From contig NC_086105.1 in assembly GCF_963921235.1 (NCBI RefSeq), positions 31,620,001 to 31,684,000 on the forward strand: a stretch of DNA of 64,000 nucleotides. The letters are read 5' to 3'. The position numbers and the translations under genes are program-made. Source of the stretch: Mobula hypostoma. Lineage: Eukaryota. Shown one piece after another: positions 13,445-26,029 of the stretch. Numbering within the stretch: the stretch's first letter is position 1; each line of letters opens with the position of its first letter. Below the pieces are notes generated by a model that saw only the letters and a program-made list of their open reading frames with translations, did not search any database and was not told the DNA's origin.

Positions 13445-13640
13445 AATGTCCGCCGTCTCCAGCCCACTGCCGCACCTCCCAGCAAGCCGCAGCCTTATTG
13501 GACAGCACGCAAGTAAAGCTTATTTCCATTGGATAAACTCAAGATGCCGCAATTGTGCTTCAAGCGTTGTTTTGGCGGAGAGAGAACTTTCACCTTCTAA
13601 ATCAACACTTTCCGGCAAGTGTACATTTGCTCCGCAAACA
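13445..13640. promoter_or_regulatory. CpG-rich, probably bidirectional promoter (NDUFB2 / VWA-DUF4537 gene)
   Basis: GC/CpG enrichment around NDUFB2 exon 1; ATTGG boxes near 13497 and 13528; the divergent plus-strand gene lies downstream. Confidence 0.55.
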
Positions 13641-14149
13641 CTTGGAAAAAAGTGATTTAATGTGGATTGGAAAAGGAGAAATACATTTCCCCCGTTGGTG
13701 CTGTTGCTTTGAACCAATGCCACCCTACCAATGAACATGATATCGCCCGCAGAAATTGCCCAGTTCGGGCTCAATTCTTTGGTCTTACTGACGTTGAGTG
13801 TGAGTTGTTGATGTGACACCACCAGATCCAATGCAAGATCAGGACTGAGATCGACGAGTTCTCATGGAAAAGAATGCTCAGTTCAGCGTCGAGTTTGTGC
13901 TGGGCCTCTACATCCCCAGAACAAAGTGAGAACTGGCCTTGGAAAGAGCCCATGTCCAATGTAAGATTCATTACTAACAGTCTACAATACAGACTGCCCC
14001 TGAATTATGAATTTCTGATTTATGGACATCAATTATTAACATATGCTCATTCCCATGAACAGAATTAGTCCACACCCCTCTAGTTTTAGTAATTATTTTT
14101 GTTCTATTCTTATGATAATGATGATGTCATTCATTGAAATATTGAGAGA

Positions 14150-14430
14150 TGAGCTTTATTTGTCACATGTACATGGGAAGATACAGTGAAATATGTCATG
14201 CAAATTACAGTCTGAGGATGTGGCATAGGGCAGCCTGCAAGTGTTGTCATGTTTCTGATGCCAATGCAGCATGTCCACAGCTTAGTAACCCGTACCTTTT
14301 TGGAAAATGGGAGGAAACCCATTCAGTAATGGGGAGAATGTGCAAACTCCTTACAGACAGTGGCAGGAATTCAGCCTGGATTGCTGACACTGTAAAGCAT
14401 GGCACTAACTGCTATGCTACTGTGCCGCTG
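14150..14430 (-). mobile_element. HE1/V-SINE-like element
   Basis: gggaggaaaccc...ggggagaatgtgcaaactccttacagacagtggcaggaattc; similar copies near 22280, 34670, 42810 and 58200. Confidence 0.5.
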
Positions 14431-14968
14431 CATGGTATATTGTTAACATATTAAGTGAGGTTTTTTTTAACTGATAGTTAAAATTGTTGTAAGGGTGTAT
14501 GTAAAGATAGAATCCAGTTGCTATTGGGGATAGCCTACGGACCCATAACAGTCCAAAGCAAACTAAAACAGGGTGGAACTCTTAACAAGAACACTATTCA
14601 ATGTAAAAGATATAAAGGTGCACAAGATTCCTAACTGCATCTTGAAAAGCTCCTTGAAGCAGTATTTACTAGCCCAAAAACAGTAGGGGAAATCCTGGAT
14701 TTAGTGTTAAGGAATGAATCAGAATCAAATTTATTATCACTGACATATGACATGAAATTTGTTGTTATGCACCAGCAGTACAGTGCAATACTTAAACAAA
14801 ATTACTTTAAATCACAATAAGAAATATAAAAATAAATAAAATAGTGCAAATAGGGAGCAAACTAGTTCATGGATTCATGGACTGTTCAGAAATCCGATGG
14901 CAGAAGGGAAACACACACAAAATGCTGGTGGAACGCAGCAGGCCAGGCAGCATCCATAGGAAGAGGTA

Positions 14969-15006
14969 CAGTCGACGTTTCGGGCCGAGACCCTTCGTCA
15001 GGACTA
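14969..15006 (-). ncRNA. Minimal hammerhead ribozyme motif
   Basis: tagtc-CTGACGA-a-gggtctcggccc-GAAAC-GTC-gactg. Confidence 0.7.
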
Positions 15007-15454
15007 ACTGAAGGAAGAGATAGTAAGAGATTTGAAAGTGGGAGGGGGAGGGGGAGAGGGAGATCTGAAATGATAGGGGGAGGGATGGAGCCAAGAGCTG
15101 AAAAGTTGATTGGCAAAAGGGCCAAATTGAGAGGCTTGAAAACAAATCCTGAGGCCAACTGGAGTAAGTTGGCGGCGGAGACACGTTCCAAGGAAGGATA
15201 TATGGCAGTAGTAGCGAGTCTGGGTCAAAATGTGGTCGAAAAGTTGAAGGGACGAAGAAATTATAGATGGGGAGCAGTCAGAGAGGGTTTCACTAAACTC
15301 CCGTCGAAGAGAAGATTTAAACTTCTTCAGTGTAGGCATCACTGGAAGAGGCTCCGCAGTAGTGAATTTAAAAATGCAAACACGAGGAAATCGCAGATAC
15401 TGGAAACTCAAGCAACACTCACAAAATGCTGGTGGAATGCAGCAGGCGAGGCAG

Positions 15455-15492
15455 CAGTCCTGACGAAGGGTCTCAGCCCGAAACGTCGACTG
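15455..15492 (+). ncRNA. Minimal hammerhead ribozyme motif
   Basis: cagtc-CTGACGA-a-gggtctcagccc-GAAAC-GTC-gactg; perfect stem I cagtc/gactg. Confidence 0.7.
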
Positions 15493-16694
15493 TACCTCTT
15501 CCTATAGATGCTGCCTGGCCTGTTAGTGAAACCTTCTCTGACTGCTCCCCACCTGTAATTTCTTTGGCCCTTCAGCTTTTTGACCACATTTTGACCCAGA
15601 CTCACTACTACAGCCATATATCCTTCCTTGGAACGTGTCTCCGCCGCCAACTTACTCCAGTTGGCTTCAGGATTCGTTTTCGAGCCTCTCAATTTGGCCC
15701 TTTTACCAATCAACTTTCCAGCTCTTGGCTCCATTCATTCCCCTCCTGTCTTCTCCTATCATTTTGGATCTCCCCCTCCCCCTCCCACTGTCAAATCTCT
15801 TACTATCTCTTCTTTCAGTTAGTCCTGACGAAGGGTCTCGGCCCAAAACATCGACGTACCTCTTCCTATAGATGCTGCCTGGCCTGTTGCACTCCACCAG
15901 CATTTTGTGTGTGTTGCTTGAATTTCCAGCATCTGCAGATTTCCTCCTGTTGGCAGAAGGGAAAAACTGTTCTTAAAATGTTGAGTGTGCATCCTCAAGC
16001 TCCTGTACCTCCTCCCTGGTGGTAGTAATGAGAAGAGGGTATATCATGGATGGTGATGGTCCTTCATGATAGATGCTGCCATCTTGAGGCATCACCTTTT
16101 CAGATGTCCTCAATGTTGGGGAAGTTGGTGCACATGATGGTGCAGGCTGAGTCTACAGCACTATGAAACTTCTTACGATCCTATGCATTGGTGCCAGTCA
16201 TTGGTAGAATGCTCTCTGCGGTACATCTGTAGAAACTTGCTAGAGTCCTTGGTGACATAACAAATCTCAAAGTCCTTGTGTCCTTGATTTTTTTTGCTTA
16301 TTTATTCTTTTTTTTTTGTATTTGCAGTTTGTCTTTTGCACATTGGTTGTTTGCCAGCTTCTGTTGTGTGAGGTTTCTCATTGATTCCGTTGCTTCTTTG
16401 TATTTTCCATGAAGCCTGCAGGAAAATGAATCTCAGAGTTGTATATAGTGACATATGTGTACTTTGATAGTAAATTTACTTTGAACTTTCAACTTTGAGG
16501 TGTGTCTTTTGTAATTGCATCAACATGTTGGGCTCTGGATTGACCCTCTGAGATGCCAATTCCTAGGAACTTGAAATTACTCACCCTTTCCACTATTAAC
16601 TCCTCAATGAAGCTGGCTAGTTGGAAGGAATATCTAAAGACAATACTTCAACAAGGTGATAACTGTTCATTTGAATTTGGCAGGTTCATTGAAC

Positions 16695-17240
16695 TCATTT
16701 GGCAGAAAAAGCAGTATCACCCTGTGGTCACCCATATAAATTCTACTTCCCATTCCTATTCTGACATGTCAGTCCATGGCTTCCTCCACTATTGCGAAGA
16801 GGCCACATTCAGGTTGGAGGAGCAACACCTTATATTCTGTCCGGGTAGCCTCCAATCTGATGACATGAAAATCAATTTCTCAAATTTCTGGTAATTTCTC
16901 CCCCCTCTTTTCCATTCACATTCACCTCATCTCCTTACCTGCCCATCACCTCCCTCTGGTGCTCCTCCCCCTTCCCTTTCTTCCATAGCCTTCTGTCCTC
17001 TAACAGATTCCCCCTTCTCCAGCCCTTCAGCAATTGACTTCCCAGCCCTTTACTTCACCCCTTCCGGTTTCACCTACCACCTTGTACCTCTTCCTCCCCT
17101 CTCCCCACCTTCTTACCCTGGCCTCAGTTTTTTTTTTCTCCAGTCCTGTTGAAACGTCTTGGCCTGAACCATCGACTGTTTATTCTTTTCATAGATGCTG
17201 CCTGGCCTGCTGAGTTCCTCCAGCACTTTGTGTGTTTTGC
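16695..17240 (+). mobile_element. Older Penelope 3' fragment
   Basis: ORF tail PVVTHINSTSHSYSDMSVHG...RLEEQHLIFCPGSLQSDDMKINFSNF plus degenerate pLTR. Confidence 0.7.
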
Positions 17241-19892
17241 TACTATTGTAAAGGGTCAGACTATTAAGTGCATGGAACCTGATGTGACTCCTTTTTCAAA
17301 TAGGAAATCATGGATGTGCAAAGGAGGATTAAGACTGAGGTTTCAGTTATTTTCTCCAATTGCTGTACACAGCCTTGCCCGTGGGCAGTCTGAGCATGTA
17401 AGGAAGTGCACGTGCATCTATTTAGTGACCAGCTTCTGTCCCTGCCTGTGCACCACCTTGCTCTGAAAGTTAAAGATAATAAGTCTCTCATTAATACGTT
17501 TTGGCTGATGTGAATGCGTGTGTCAGCTGTGAAATACATGTCTAAAGCATGCAGATTTGCTAACTGAGTGATGGGCGGGGTCAATCACTAAAAGTTATGG
17601 ATAAATGCTGGTTGATAGAGATTGTCTTGTGTGAATGCTGTGCCTGCATAACATTCAATGAAGTAAGATCCTAACGTCACACTGTTGAAATCATGAGATA
17701 TGTTAACAGTTTCATTCATTTTTTTTGATTCAGTCACTGAAAACAGCGTTTTGATTTAAATAAAACTTCCCACCTCCGTTGGTGTTGCCAGTACAGATAG
17801 CAGGCTGAATATCTAGTTGCAGAATCATAAAATACGGGTAGAAAAAAATAACTTGAATCTACTTCTGTAATGAGAGACTGGCATACTCTTTGTTTATGTT
17901 TGTGGTCTCCCAGGTAACAAGAGAAACACAGTTGTGGTCTCCCAGGTAACAAGAGAAACACAGACTCACTAGACAGTCTTGAACATAGAAACCACGAGAG
18001 ACAGAAGGGCACAGATACACAGAGATTCTGAGATTAATATCTAGAAATCAAAGTGGAGATAAAAATATGGAATTACAAACAACAGTAGACAACCTCAAAA
18101 TAAGTTGGGAAATTATTGACAGACAAATACTCAAGGTATTTTGAAATAGCTGTGCGCAATAATTGTAAGATGTTTGTGACGAGAAATGTATGAATAGTAC
18201 AAGGATTAATAAATAATACATATGGAAAGTTTTAGATGCCGTTAGGAACAAATGTGCTAAAGAAATGAACAATGAAGGCGGCAAAGAGGAGATACAGTAT
18301 ATCTGCAGAGTGGTGGATTGAGAGAAATTCCAATGTAACAAGAGATAAGGCCTAGTATAAGCTTTAGAGGTATTGATGAGCTAAGTATTTCTACAAGCTA
18401 ATACTTCTAATGGAGTTTGAGTTGGACATATAGCTACAAGCAGAAAAGTGGATTGAGAAGATATATGAAAGGTAAGAAGTAATCAGATATTAATAGGCAG
18501 AAATATTATTTTAACCTGTTGTGTATCCTTCTTTGATGTAGAATTTTATTCAATGTCTCTAATGGGGAGGTTTTATATATATTAATGAAGGAAGAATTTG
18601 TATTCTTTATTTTATAATGTATATAAAATATTCCTTGCATAATTTACTTGAAGCTTGCTTCTGCCCAACAGATGCAGGTTATAAATGCTGGTCATTCTTT
18701 ATCCAAGTCAACAAGTTACAGCAGTACTTGAAATAAAGCTGCCTCAAAACAACCTTTACTGAATGCTTTTATCTATTGCAGATGCAGGCTTATTCTCTGG
18801 AGTATAAATACCGGCAACTTCAAAATAAATTGTGTAGCAACTTAAATTCTTGCTGGATGGCTCTTTTTCTGAGATCTCTACGGTGATATACTGTATATGC
18901 CTTTACCATCATTAACATCCATTTTTCTTATTTCAGAAGATGTGAATCTTACTGAGCAGTGAGAAGTTCCGGCGACATGGCCATTCTTAATATTAGGGTG
19001 TGGATTGTATGTGTCAGTTAGCTAAAAGACCATAGTGGTGATGTGCAGCTGAATCCAGTCTTCTCCAAATCTTATGATTATACAGCAGCAGTCTTTGGAC
19101 ATGGATCAGGTTTGTGAATGCTAGCTAACATTTCTCTTTCTCAGCCTAGATCGTTAAAGTCTTTTGCTGTACCTTAAACAGGGTCAACTGATCCAACCTA
19201 TTGTAGGATTTGGCTAGATTGCTTTACGTAACACCACACTAAACAGTGCCCTGGCCAAGTGACTCATGAATGTAGTCATGTATCCATGACTTTTACAGCT
19301 CTCCTTTTCAGTCAGCCTCTTGGGTGTGAGGATGACTCATGTATTTTGATGTGGGTTGCTTTTTAAATAGCAGCTGCCAGTTGGGCTTGACAGAATGGGG
19401 CTGTGGTACGATGGCAGGAGGTCCAAAATGACTGAAGACTAAGCTCTCCTACACAGACTTGGCACACATGCACACGTACATAAACTCAAACATAAATACC
19501 TATCGTGTAGGCAAGAAACACCTGTGTCCTTTATCATCATTCATTAAGGTAAAACTCATTGTCACGTTATTCGTATCCTTGAAGTTTAGCTGGAGAAAAA
19601 GAAATGTAAACAAGATTGTAGAATGTGATATTGTGTAAAATTATTGTTCGCTGAGTCAGTTTGGATATACCAGATATGTATTGATCTGGTACCTTAAATT
19701 ATTCTGGAGGATATAGATTGGTGTTACAATACTTTGGAAGCATAATTTTCCCATTGGACAGAACATATTAGAGATGAATGTTCCTTCAGAAGTCAAGCTA
19801 GGGCTATGTTGATTTCTGGGATCTAGGTACGTAAGAGGAAGCTGAACTGGTGGTATAAATTTCATTCTATGTTTTCATTTCAGAGAATTGTT

Positions 19893-20102
19893 ATGCCGGT
19901 CCAATCATCTTTATTCTGTACAGGGAGTTCTACGATTCTGCTTAGAGGTATCAAAGAAAAGAATATAACCTTTGTTCTGGACACATCTATGAGCATGCAA
20001 ACTATGCTGGACGCAATGAAGTACCACTTGATTGAGATTTTGTTTGCACGGGCCTATGCAATGACTGATTGCAAATTCAACATCATTGCATTTTCTGGCA
20101 AG
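19893..20102 (+). CDS. VWA + DUF4537 domain protein (C11orf16/VWA3B-like), coding exon 1
   Basis: Acceptor tttcatttcag at 19883; ATG at 19893; ITFVLDTSMSM (MIDAS DxSxS) and KFNIIAFSGK|gtcagt. Confidence 0.8.
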
Positions 20103-20255
20103 GTCAGTTCTTTACTGACACTTTTGTACTCTAGCTCAATTCTAAGTTGCCCCAATGTTGTTTAAAATTTACATTCTTAAGTACTTGTCATTAAGGTCCA
20201 GAGGCTTTTCTACTTGGATTGCAGATTTATAAGTAGTCATATCAAATTATAAGTA

Positions 20256-20952
20256 GTGCATAGTTCCCTGAAGGTGGAATCTCATGTGGATAGGGTGGTG
20301 AAGAAAGCTTTTGGTATGCTGGCCTTTATAAATCAGAGCATTGAGTATAGGAGTTGGGATGTAATGTTGAAATTGTACAAAGCACTGGTGAGGCCAAATT
20401 TGGAGTATTGCGTACAGTTTTGGTCACCAAATTATAGGAAAGATGTCAACAAAATTGAGAGAGTACAGAGAAGGTTTACTGGAATGTTACCTGGGTTTCA
20501 TCACCTAAGTTACAGAGAAAGGTTGAACAATTTGGGTCTTTATTCTTTGGAACATAGAAGGTTGAGGGGACTTGATAGAGGTATTTAAAATTATGAGAGG
20601 GATAGATAGAGTTGACATGGATAGGCTTTTTCCATTGAGAGTGGGGGGGGATTCAAACAAGGGGACATAAGTTGAGAGTTAAAGGGCAAAAGTTTCGGGG
20701 TAACATGAGGGGGAACTTCTTTACTCAGAGAGTGGTGGCTGTGTGGAACGAGCTTCCAGCAGAAGTGGTTGAGGCAGGTTCAATGTTGTCATTTAAAGTT
20801 AAACTGGACAGCTATATGGACAGGAAAGGAAAGGAGGGTTATGGGCTGAGTGCAGGTCGGTGGGACTAGGTGAGAGTAAGAGTTCGGCACGGACTAGAAG
20901 GGCCAAGATGGCCTGTTTCCGTGCTGTAATTGTTATATGGTTATATGGTTAT
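20256..20952 (+). mobile_element. CR1 LINE 3' fragment
   Basis: LYKALVRPNLEYCVQFWSP...ERVQRRFT, NFFTQRVVAVWNELP; ttatatgg tail. Confidence 0.9.
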
Positions 20953-21373
20953 AACCTTTCCACTGTACCTTTTCACTTCCACTCTCACTGGCTTTTTCTG
21001 CCACTTCATCTTCCATAGCATTTTGTTTTTATCTTTAAATGAAAACATTTTTCTAAATGAATGTTCAAATGATCAAAATTCTTGAGAGACAAATATTTCA
21101 GCTTTTAGAAGAAGCATTACCACTATCCTACTCCAGAACTGGTCCTAATTTCCCAAGAGTTTTAGCTGTCTCATCCAGCATTGTTTCTCTGGCCAAGCAT
21201 TTACTTACTTAGCCATTGCTACAGAATATAATCATGACATCACCATTGTTAATTTATTTCCTAATTGATTAAACTTTCTTCAAAGTCTCCAGTTTTATTT
21301 CATCTTTTGTCATAGGTTTTGATCTTTAGCATAGCTCAAGGTTACCATAGGTCTAGGATATCATTTATGACAT

Positions 21374-21935
21374 ACAGTACTGTGCAATAGTCTTATGCAC
21401 ATACATTTGTATATATAGCTAGGGTGCCTAAGACTTTTGCACAGTTATATATTTGTTGATATGGAGTGGAGAGCGAATTTGTAAATCTGGTGGGAGCAAA
21501 AGATATTGGGAATAGCAAGGGTGGAATGCCATGAAGGGGTGTGGGATAGGTGGCAGATGAGTTGCAGGGGTGGGGTGGGGGAAGGAGAGGTGGTGCGGGT
21601 TTAGACACACCCAGCCCTGAGACACCAGGCAAGGCTATTTAATCCCAAACAATTAGTTTATGATCATTACAGAATATTTCTCTGGTGCTTCCCACTTCCT
21701 CCTCTTTCCCTTCCCCTTTTCCCAACCATGAATCCCCTCTCCCTGTCGCCTTCCCACACAATCCACAGTAGAGACCCATATCAGAATCAGGTTTATCATC
21801 ACTCACATATGCCAAGAAATGTGTTTTTTTGCTGCAGAAGTATAGTGAAATACATAAAATTACTATAGTACTGTGCAAAAGTTGTAGGCATTCCTGCAAT
21901 ATATATGTGCCGAGGACTTTTGCACAATATTGTAC
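21374..21935. mobile_element. Cluster of small Tc1-like MITE termini with nested repeats
   Basis: cagtactgtgcaa...gacttttgcacag termini at ~21374-21445 and ~21868-21935. Confidence 0.45.
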
Positions 21936-22464
21936 ATATCTGTAACCCTTGATTGCCCTGAGAGAATATTGACCTTGCCTTCTGACTGTGGGATTCTGCT
22001 GTTTTAGCACTTCATCAATACAATAACCATTCAATCACGTGTGATGAAAATGCCATGCATGCCTTGGCCAGCATTCTCAGGTGCTCGCTAGCCAAGCCAA
22101 CACTCACTAAAAAACCACAGGAATTCCTTAAAGTAAGATGTAACACCTTTGCTCTGGACACAGGTTAAAGTTGCGGCTACTACTGGGCATCATCCTTGGT
22201 CCTTGAGTAACCATTATTTCCTTGTGCTGACAACTTTGCCGGATGAGCTGCTCAGAATCAGAATCAGGTTTATTGTCACTGGCATGGGGCATGTTGACAC
22301 AGCTCCAGCAACCTGGCTTTGATCCTGACCTCCAGTGCTCTCCAGGTGAACTTACTCTCCCTGTGACCGTGTTTGCATATTTCCTCTGGGTGCTCTGGTT
22401 TGCTCCCACACCCCAAAACTGTATGGACTGAGAGGTTAGTTGGCCCCTGTAAAATGCCCCTAGT

Positions 22465-23155
22465 ATAGTCATAGTCATACTTTATTGATCCCGGGGGAAA
22501 TTGGTTTTCATTACAGTTGCACCATAAATAATAAGTAGTAATAGAACCATAAATAGTTAAATAGTAGTATGTAAATTATGCCAGTGAATTATGAAATAAG
22601 TCCAGGACCAGCCTATTAGCTCAGGGTGTCTGACTCTCCAAGGGAGGAGTTGTAAAGTTTGATGGCCACAGGCAGGAATGACTTCCTATGACGCTCTGTG
22701 TTGCATCTTGGTGGAATGAGTCTCTGGCTGAATGTACTCCTGTGCCCACCCAGTACATTATGTAGTGGATGGGAGACATCGTCCAAGATGGCATGCAACT
22801 TAGACAGCATCCTGTTTTCAGACACCACTGTGAGAGAGTCCAGTTCCATCCCCACAACATCACTGGCCTTACGGATGAGTTTGTTGATTCTGTTGGTGTC
22901 TGCTACCCTCAGCCTGCTGCCCCAGCACACAACAGCAAACATGATAGCACTGGCCACCACAGACTCGTAGAACATCCTCAACATCGTCCAGCAGATGCTA
23001 AAGGACCTCAGTCTCCTCAGGAAATAGAGACGGCTCTGACCCTTCTTGTAGACAGCCTCAGTGTTCTTTGACCAGTCCAGTTTATTGTCAATTTGTATCC
23101 CCAGGTATTTGTAATCCTCCACCATGTCCACACTGACCCCCTGGATGGAAACAGT
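22465..23155 (-). mobile_element. Rex1/Babar (L2-group) LINE 3' fragment
   Basis: YKYLGIQIDNKLDW...KKGQSRLYFLRRLRSF; (CTATGA)n tail; near-identical to 50542-51563. Confidence 0.85.
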
Positions 23156-23911
23156 ATGTAGTGAGTAGTAGAGTCTAGGGGTAAGTTGATGGGAGTTCGT
23201 GAGAATGAAATAGATATGACAAAATTAGAGCAAAAGTAGGTGCTTGATATGGACTCAGTAGACTAAAGGATCTGTTTCTGTGCTCTAAACCTCTATCACT
23301 TTAAGGCCCTTGTACCTGAACTTCACGCTTCCTATTGCTCTATTAATATGCTCTCCAGCTTGTTGGTAACAAACAATTTTATTTAAGAACAATTTCCTGT
23401 GACCCTCCTTGGCAGTGTTTTGAGGACATAGAGCATGTACTGCACTGAACTTGGGGTTTAAATTGAGATGTATCTAGTTTGTAGGTCAAGGGTGCTCACA
23501 ATTCAACCTAAAATAATTTTCTGAGAAAGCATTAGATTATTGGGGTAGTAAAGAAAGAGGTGCTAATTGAGCAGCGGGTACTTTTCTGCGGTTGTTATTA
23601 ATGTACCGTATGTTGATTAGGAGAGGGACCTAACCATGCATCATTACCGTGCCTAGAAGGGTCAGACCACCTTCACTGCTGCCTCTCCAAAATATGGGTA
23701 AATCCCTGTGAAACCACACAAACTAGTTTGTTGAGTTAAGTGCGTCTTTCACTTATTCCACAGCAGTTACCTGCATCCTCATATAATCCCACACAATAGG
23801 TTGTGCCCATCAGATACAAAACATCTATTGTACCCCGAGCTCAACATTTATGGTTTCTTGCAATCCTGATGAGTCACTAATTGCGTATTCATTTGTCTAC
23901 TTTTTCCCTAG

Positions 23912-24274
23912 GTTAAAAAATATTGTGACAATTTGATTGATTGTACACTTCAAAAGGTAGAGAAAACTATCCCGTGGATCAGATCTCTGGAATGTAGAAC
24001 TGGTAGAAACATGCAGCATGCGTTAGCTGTTGCTTTAGATGATCCCAGCACTGATGCTGTTTACCTGATGACTGATGGAAAACTTGACATCAACCCTCAC
24101 AAAATCTACACTGTATTGAGATGCACAGCAAAAGGACAACCGGTACACACTCTTTGCACAATGGAAAAGTGCAGCACGATAGAGGTTAACCAACTCTTGG
24201 AACAGATAGCATGGCTGACAGGTGCTTCATTTCAAGCTGCAATGGTCTGCAAACAACATGGAACAGTAGAACAA
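23912..24274 (+). CDS. VWA + DUF4537 protein, coding exon 2
   Basis: tttttccctag|VKKYCDNL...WIRSLECRTGRNMQHALAVALDDPSTDAVYLMTDG...EQ|gtgggt; phase 0/0. Confidence 0.8.
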
Positions 24275-26029
24275 GTGGGTTTCAATAAATTTACATTACA
24301 ACATCAGCTATTTGTACTTACAGATTCTTCCAGGTTTGAGATTTCAAGGCGCATTTTTAACAGTCTGCAGCAGATCAGTCCAACAATAATTGCTTTATGA
24401 TAGGGAGTATGATTGAAAAAGTGTTAACAAGCATAAATTTAGAAATTAGATTGAATGGAGCTCTATAACACACGATTGAAATGTACTAATTGTGAGGTGA
24501 AATTCTATGATCTATCATTAAGGTCATTTCACATCACTCTGTGAAGTTTACCAGAAACTCTCTCGCAGAAGTTTTACTTTGCATTGTTAACTTGCAGTTT
24601 TCAGTGTATTACCCAAGAAATTACACCATGTTATCTTAGGATCACTGATTTTTGGACACTCACCATAGCTAGATTTTCATTATGCTGCAGCTGACTGGGA
24701 CGTATCCTTTACACCCCATTCTCCACCACAGTATCAAACCCACCTCCTATTCATGCCAGCCTCCCAACTCTAGCTATCTCTTGAAGCTTGACAACTGGAA
24801 TTGGGAATTGTGAATTTATTATTGTTGGTTGTACTGAGATGCCTATTGTTCATACAAACCAAACCAATTACACAGTGCTTTGAGGCAGAACGAGGTGAAA
24901 CAATAACAGAATGCTGAATAAAATATAACAGCCATTGAGAAAGCACAGTGCAGGTAAATACTACGGTACAAGATTATAATGAAGTAAATTGCGATGCAAA
25001 AGTCCATCTTATTATACTGGGGAAACATTCCAGTATTATAATAGCTGCATCCTCCTTCCCCACCACCTCTCCCTGCCAAAGCTACACAAACCCACTGATA
25101 TCACATCCTCCTCTTCCCACCTAACCAATTAAGCCACTTTATAAGCTTGATCATCCCTGGATACTCTGATCTCTATCTTAAACACAGACCCAACTGCAGT
25201 CCATTGAAGCTGACCTCTCCTTCACCCACACCTTCAGCCCCAAGCACCCTCTGGTTCTGGCAGCACCTTTACTTGAACCTTCTGAAGTTTTCAGTAGAAA
25301 GCCCACACCAGCCTAGAAAGCCCACACCAGCCATGCAGCACAACCATTTAGGAGCACTGAATTCATAGGTCTGTAGAATTACTTGCCATCGTCCTTCTTT
25401 TCGAATTATCAAACGTCTTACTTGAATAAATATCTTTATTCAATACTTCCCTTCAAATTGTAATTAAGTTCTAGAAATTCTCACTCCTCTGACAACTGCT
25501 TTTGAAAAATAAAAAGTCTTCTCATTTGCAACATATAAGTAAATACTTTTCCCCTTGATTCTCCTACCACCCATCTATATTCGGGATTATGTGCAAAAGA
25601 GGAAATCAAAACACCTGGAGGAGACTCACAGTCACAGAGCAAACTTGGAGATCTCACACAGATAGCATCAGAAGTCAAGATTGAAAACAAATATATTCAT
25701 GTAGTTTATTAAATATTAAGCTGCATTACTACCATTGTCTCATCAAAATCTACTATTCGGAGAACTACACTTCATGGACGCTACAGCTGTGCCAAGCATC
25801 TTTGCAGAACCTATAGTTTATATTCCTACTTATCAGAAGTACTCAGTCACTTGACTGAATCTGACCTGGCAGGTAACAAAGCAAAACTAAATTAAGCAAA
25901 TATATCTTTATAATGAAATCATCCCCACAGTCACCAGAGTCCAGACTGCTTAGACATGGCTCTCAGCAGGCACTGCATGCTGTCCTAAAACACATTGTGC
26001 TTTAATACTGTTTTATGATTGGTGGGTTG

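Larger units (their letters stand above)
14912..15950. mobile_element. Inverted (palindromic) Penelope-derived insertion with three hammerhead cores, nested in an older LINE
   Basis: 14-bp TSD TGGCAGAAGGGAAA at 14898-14911 and 15951-15964; inverted arms ~14912-15296 and ~15524-15912. Confidence 0.85.

Noticed and set aside
13203-13655. 150-aa plus-strand ORF and alternative minus-strand ORFs at the NDUFB2 5' end
   Set aside because: These are GC-rich shadow frames. Only the ATG at 13444 gives a presequence in phase with exon 2.
14869-16025. 212-aa and 199-aa ORFs
   Set aside because: They lie wholly within the rearranged Penelope pLTR repeat, and the same peptides recur at 6.0 and 37.5 kb.
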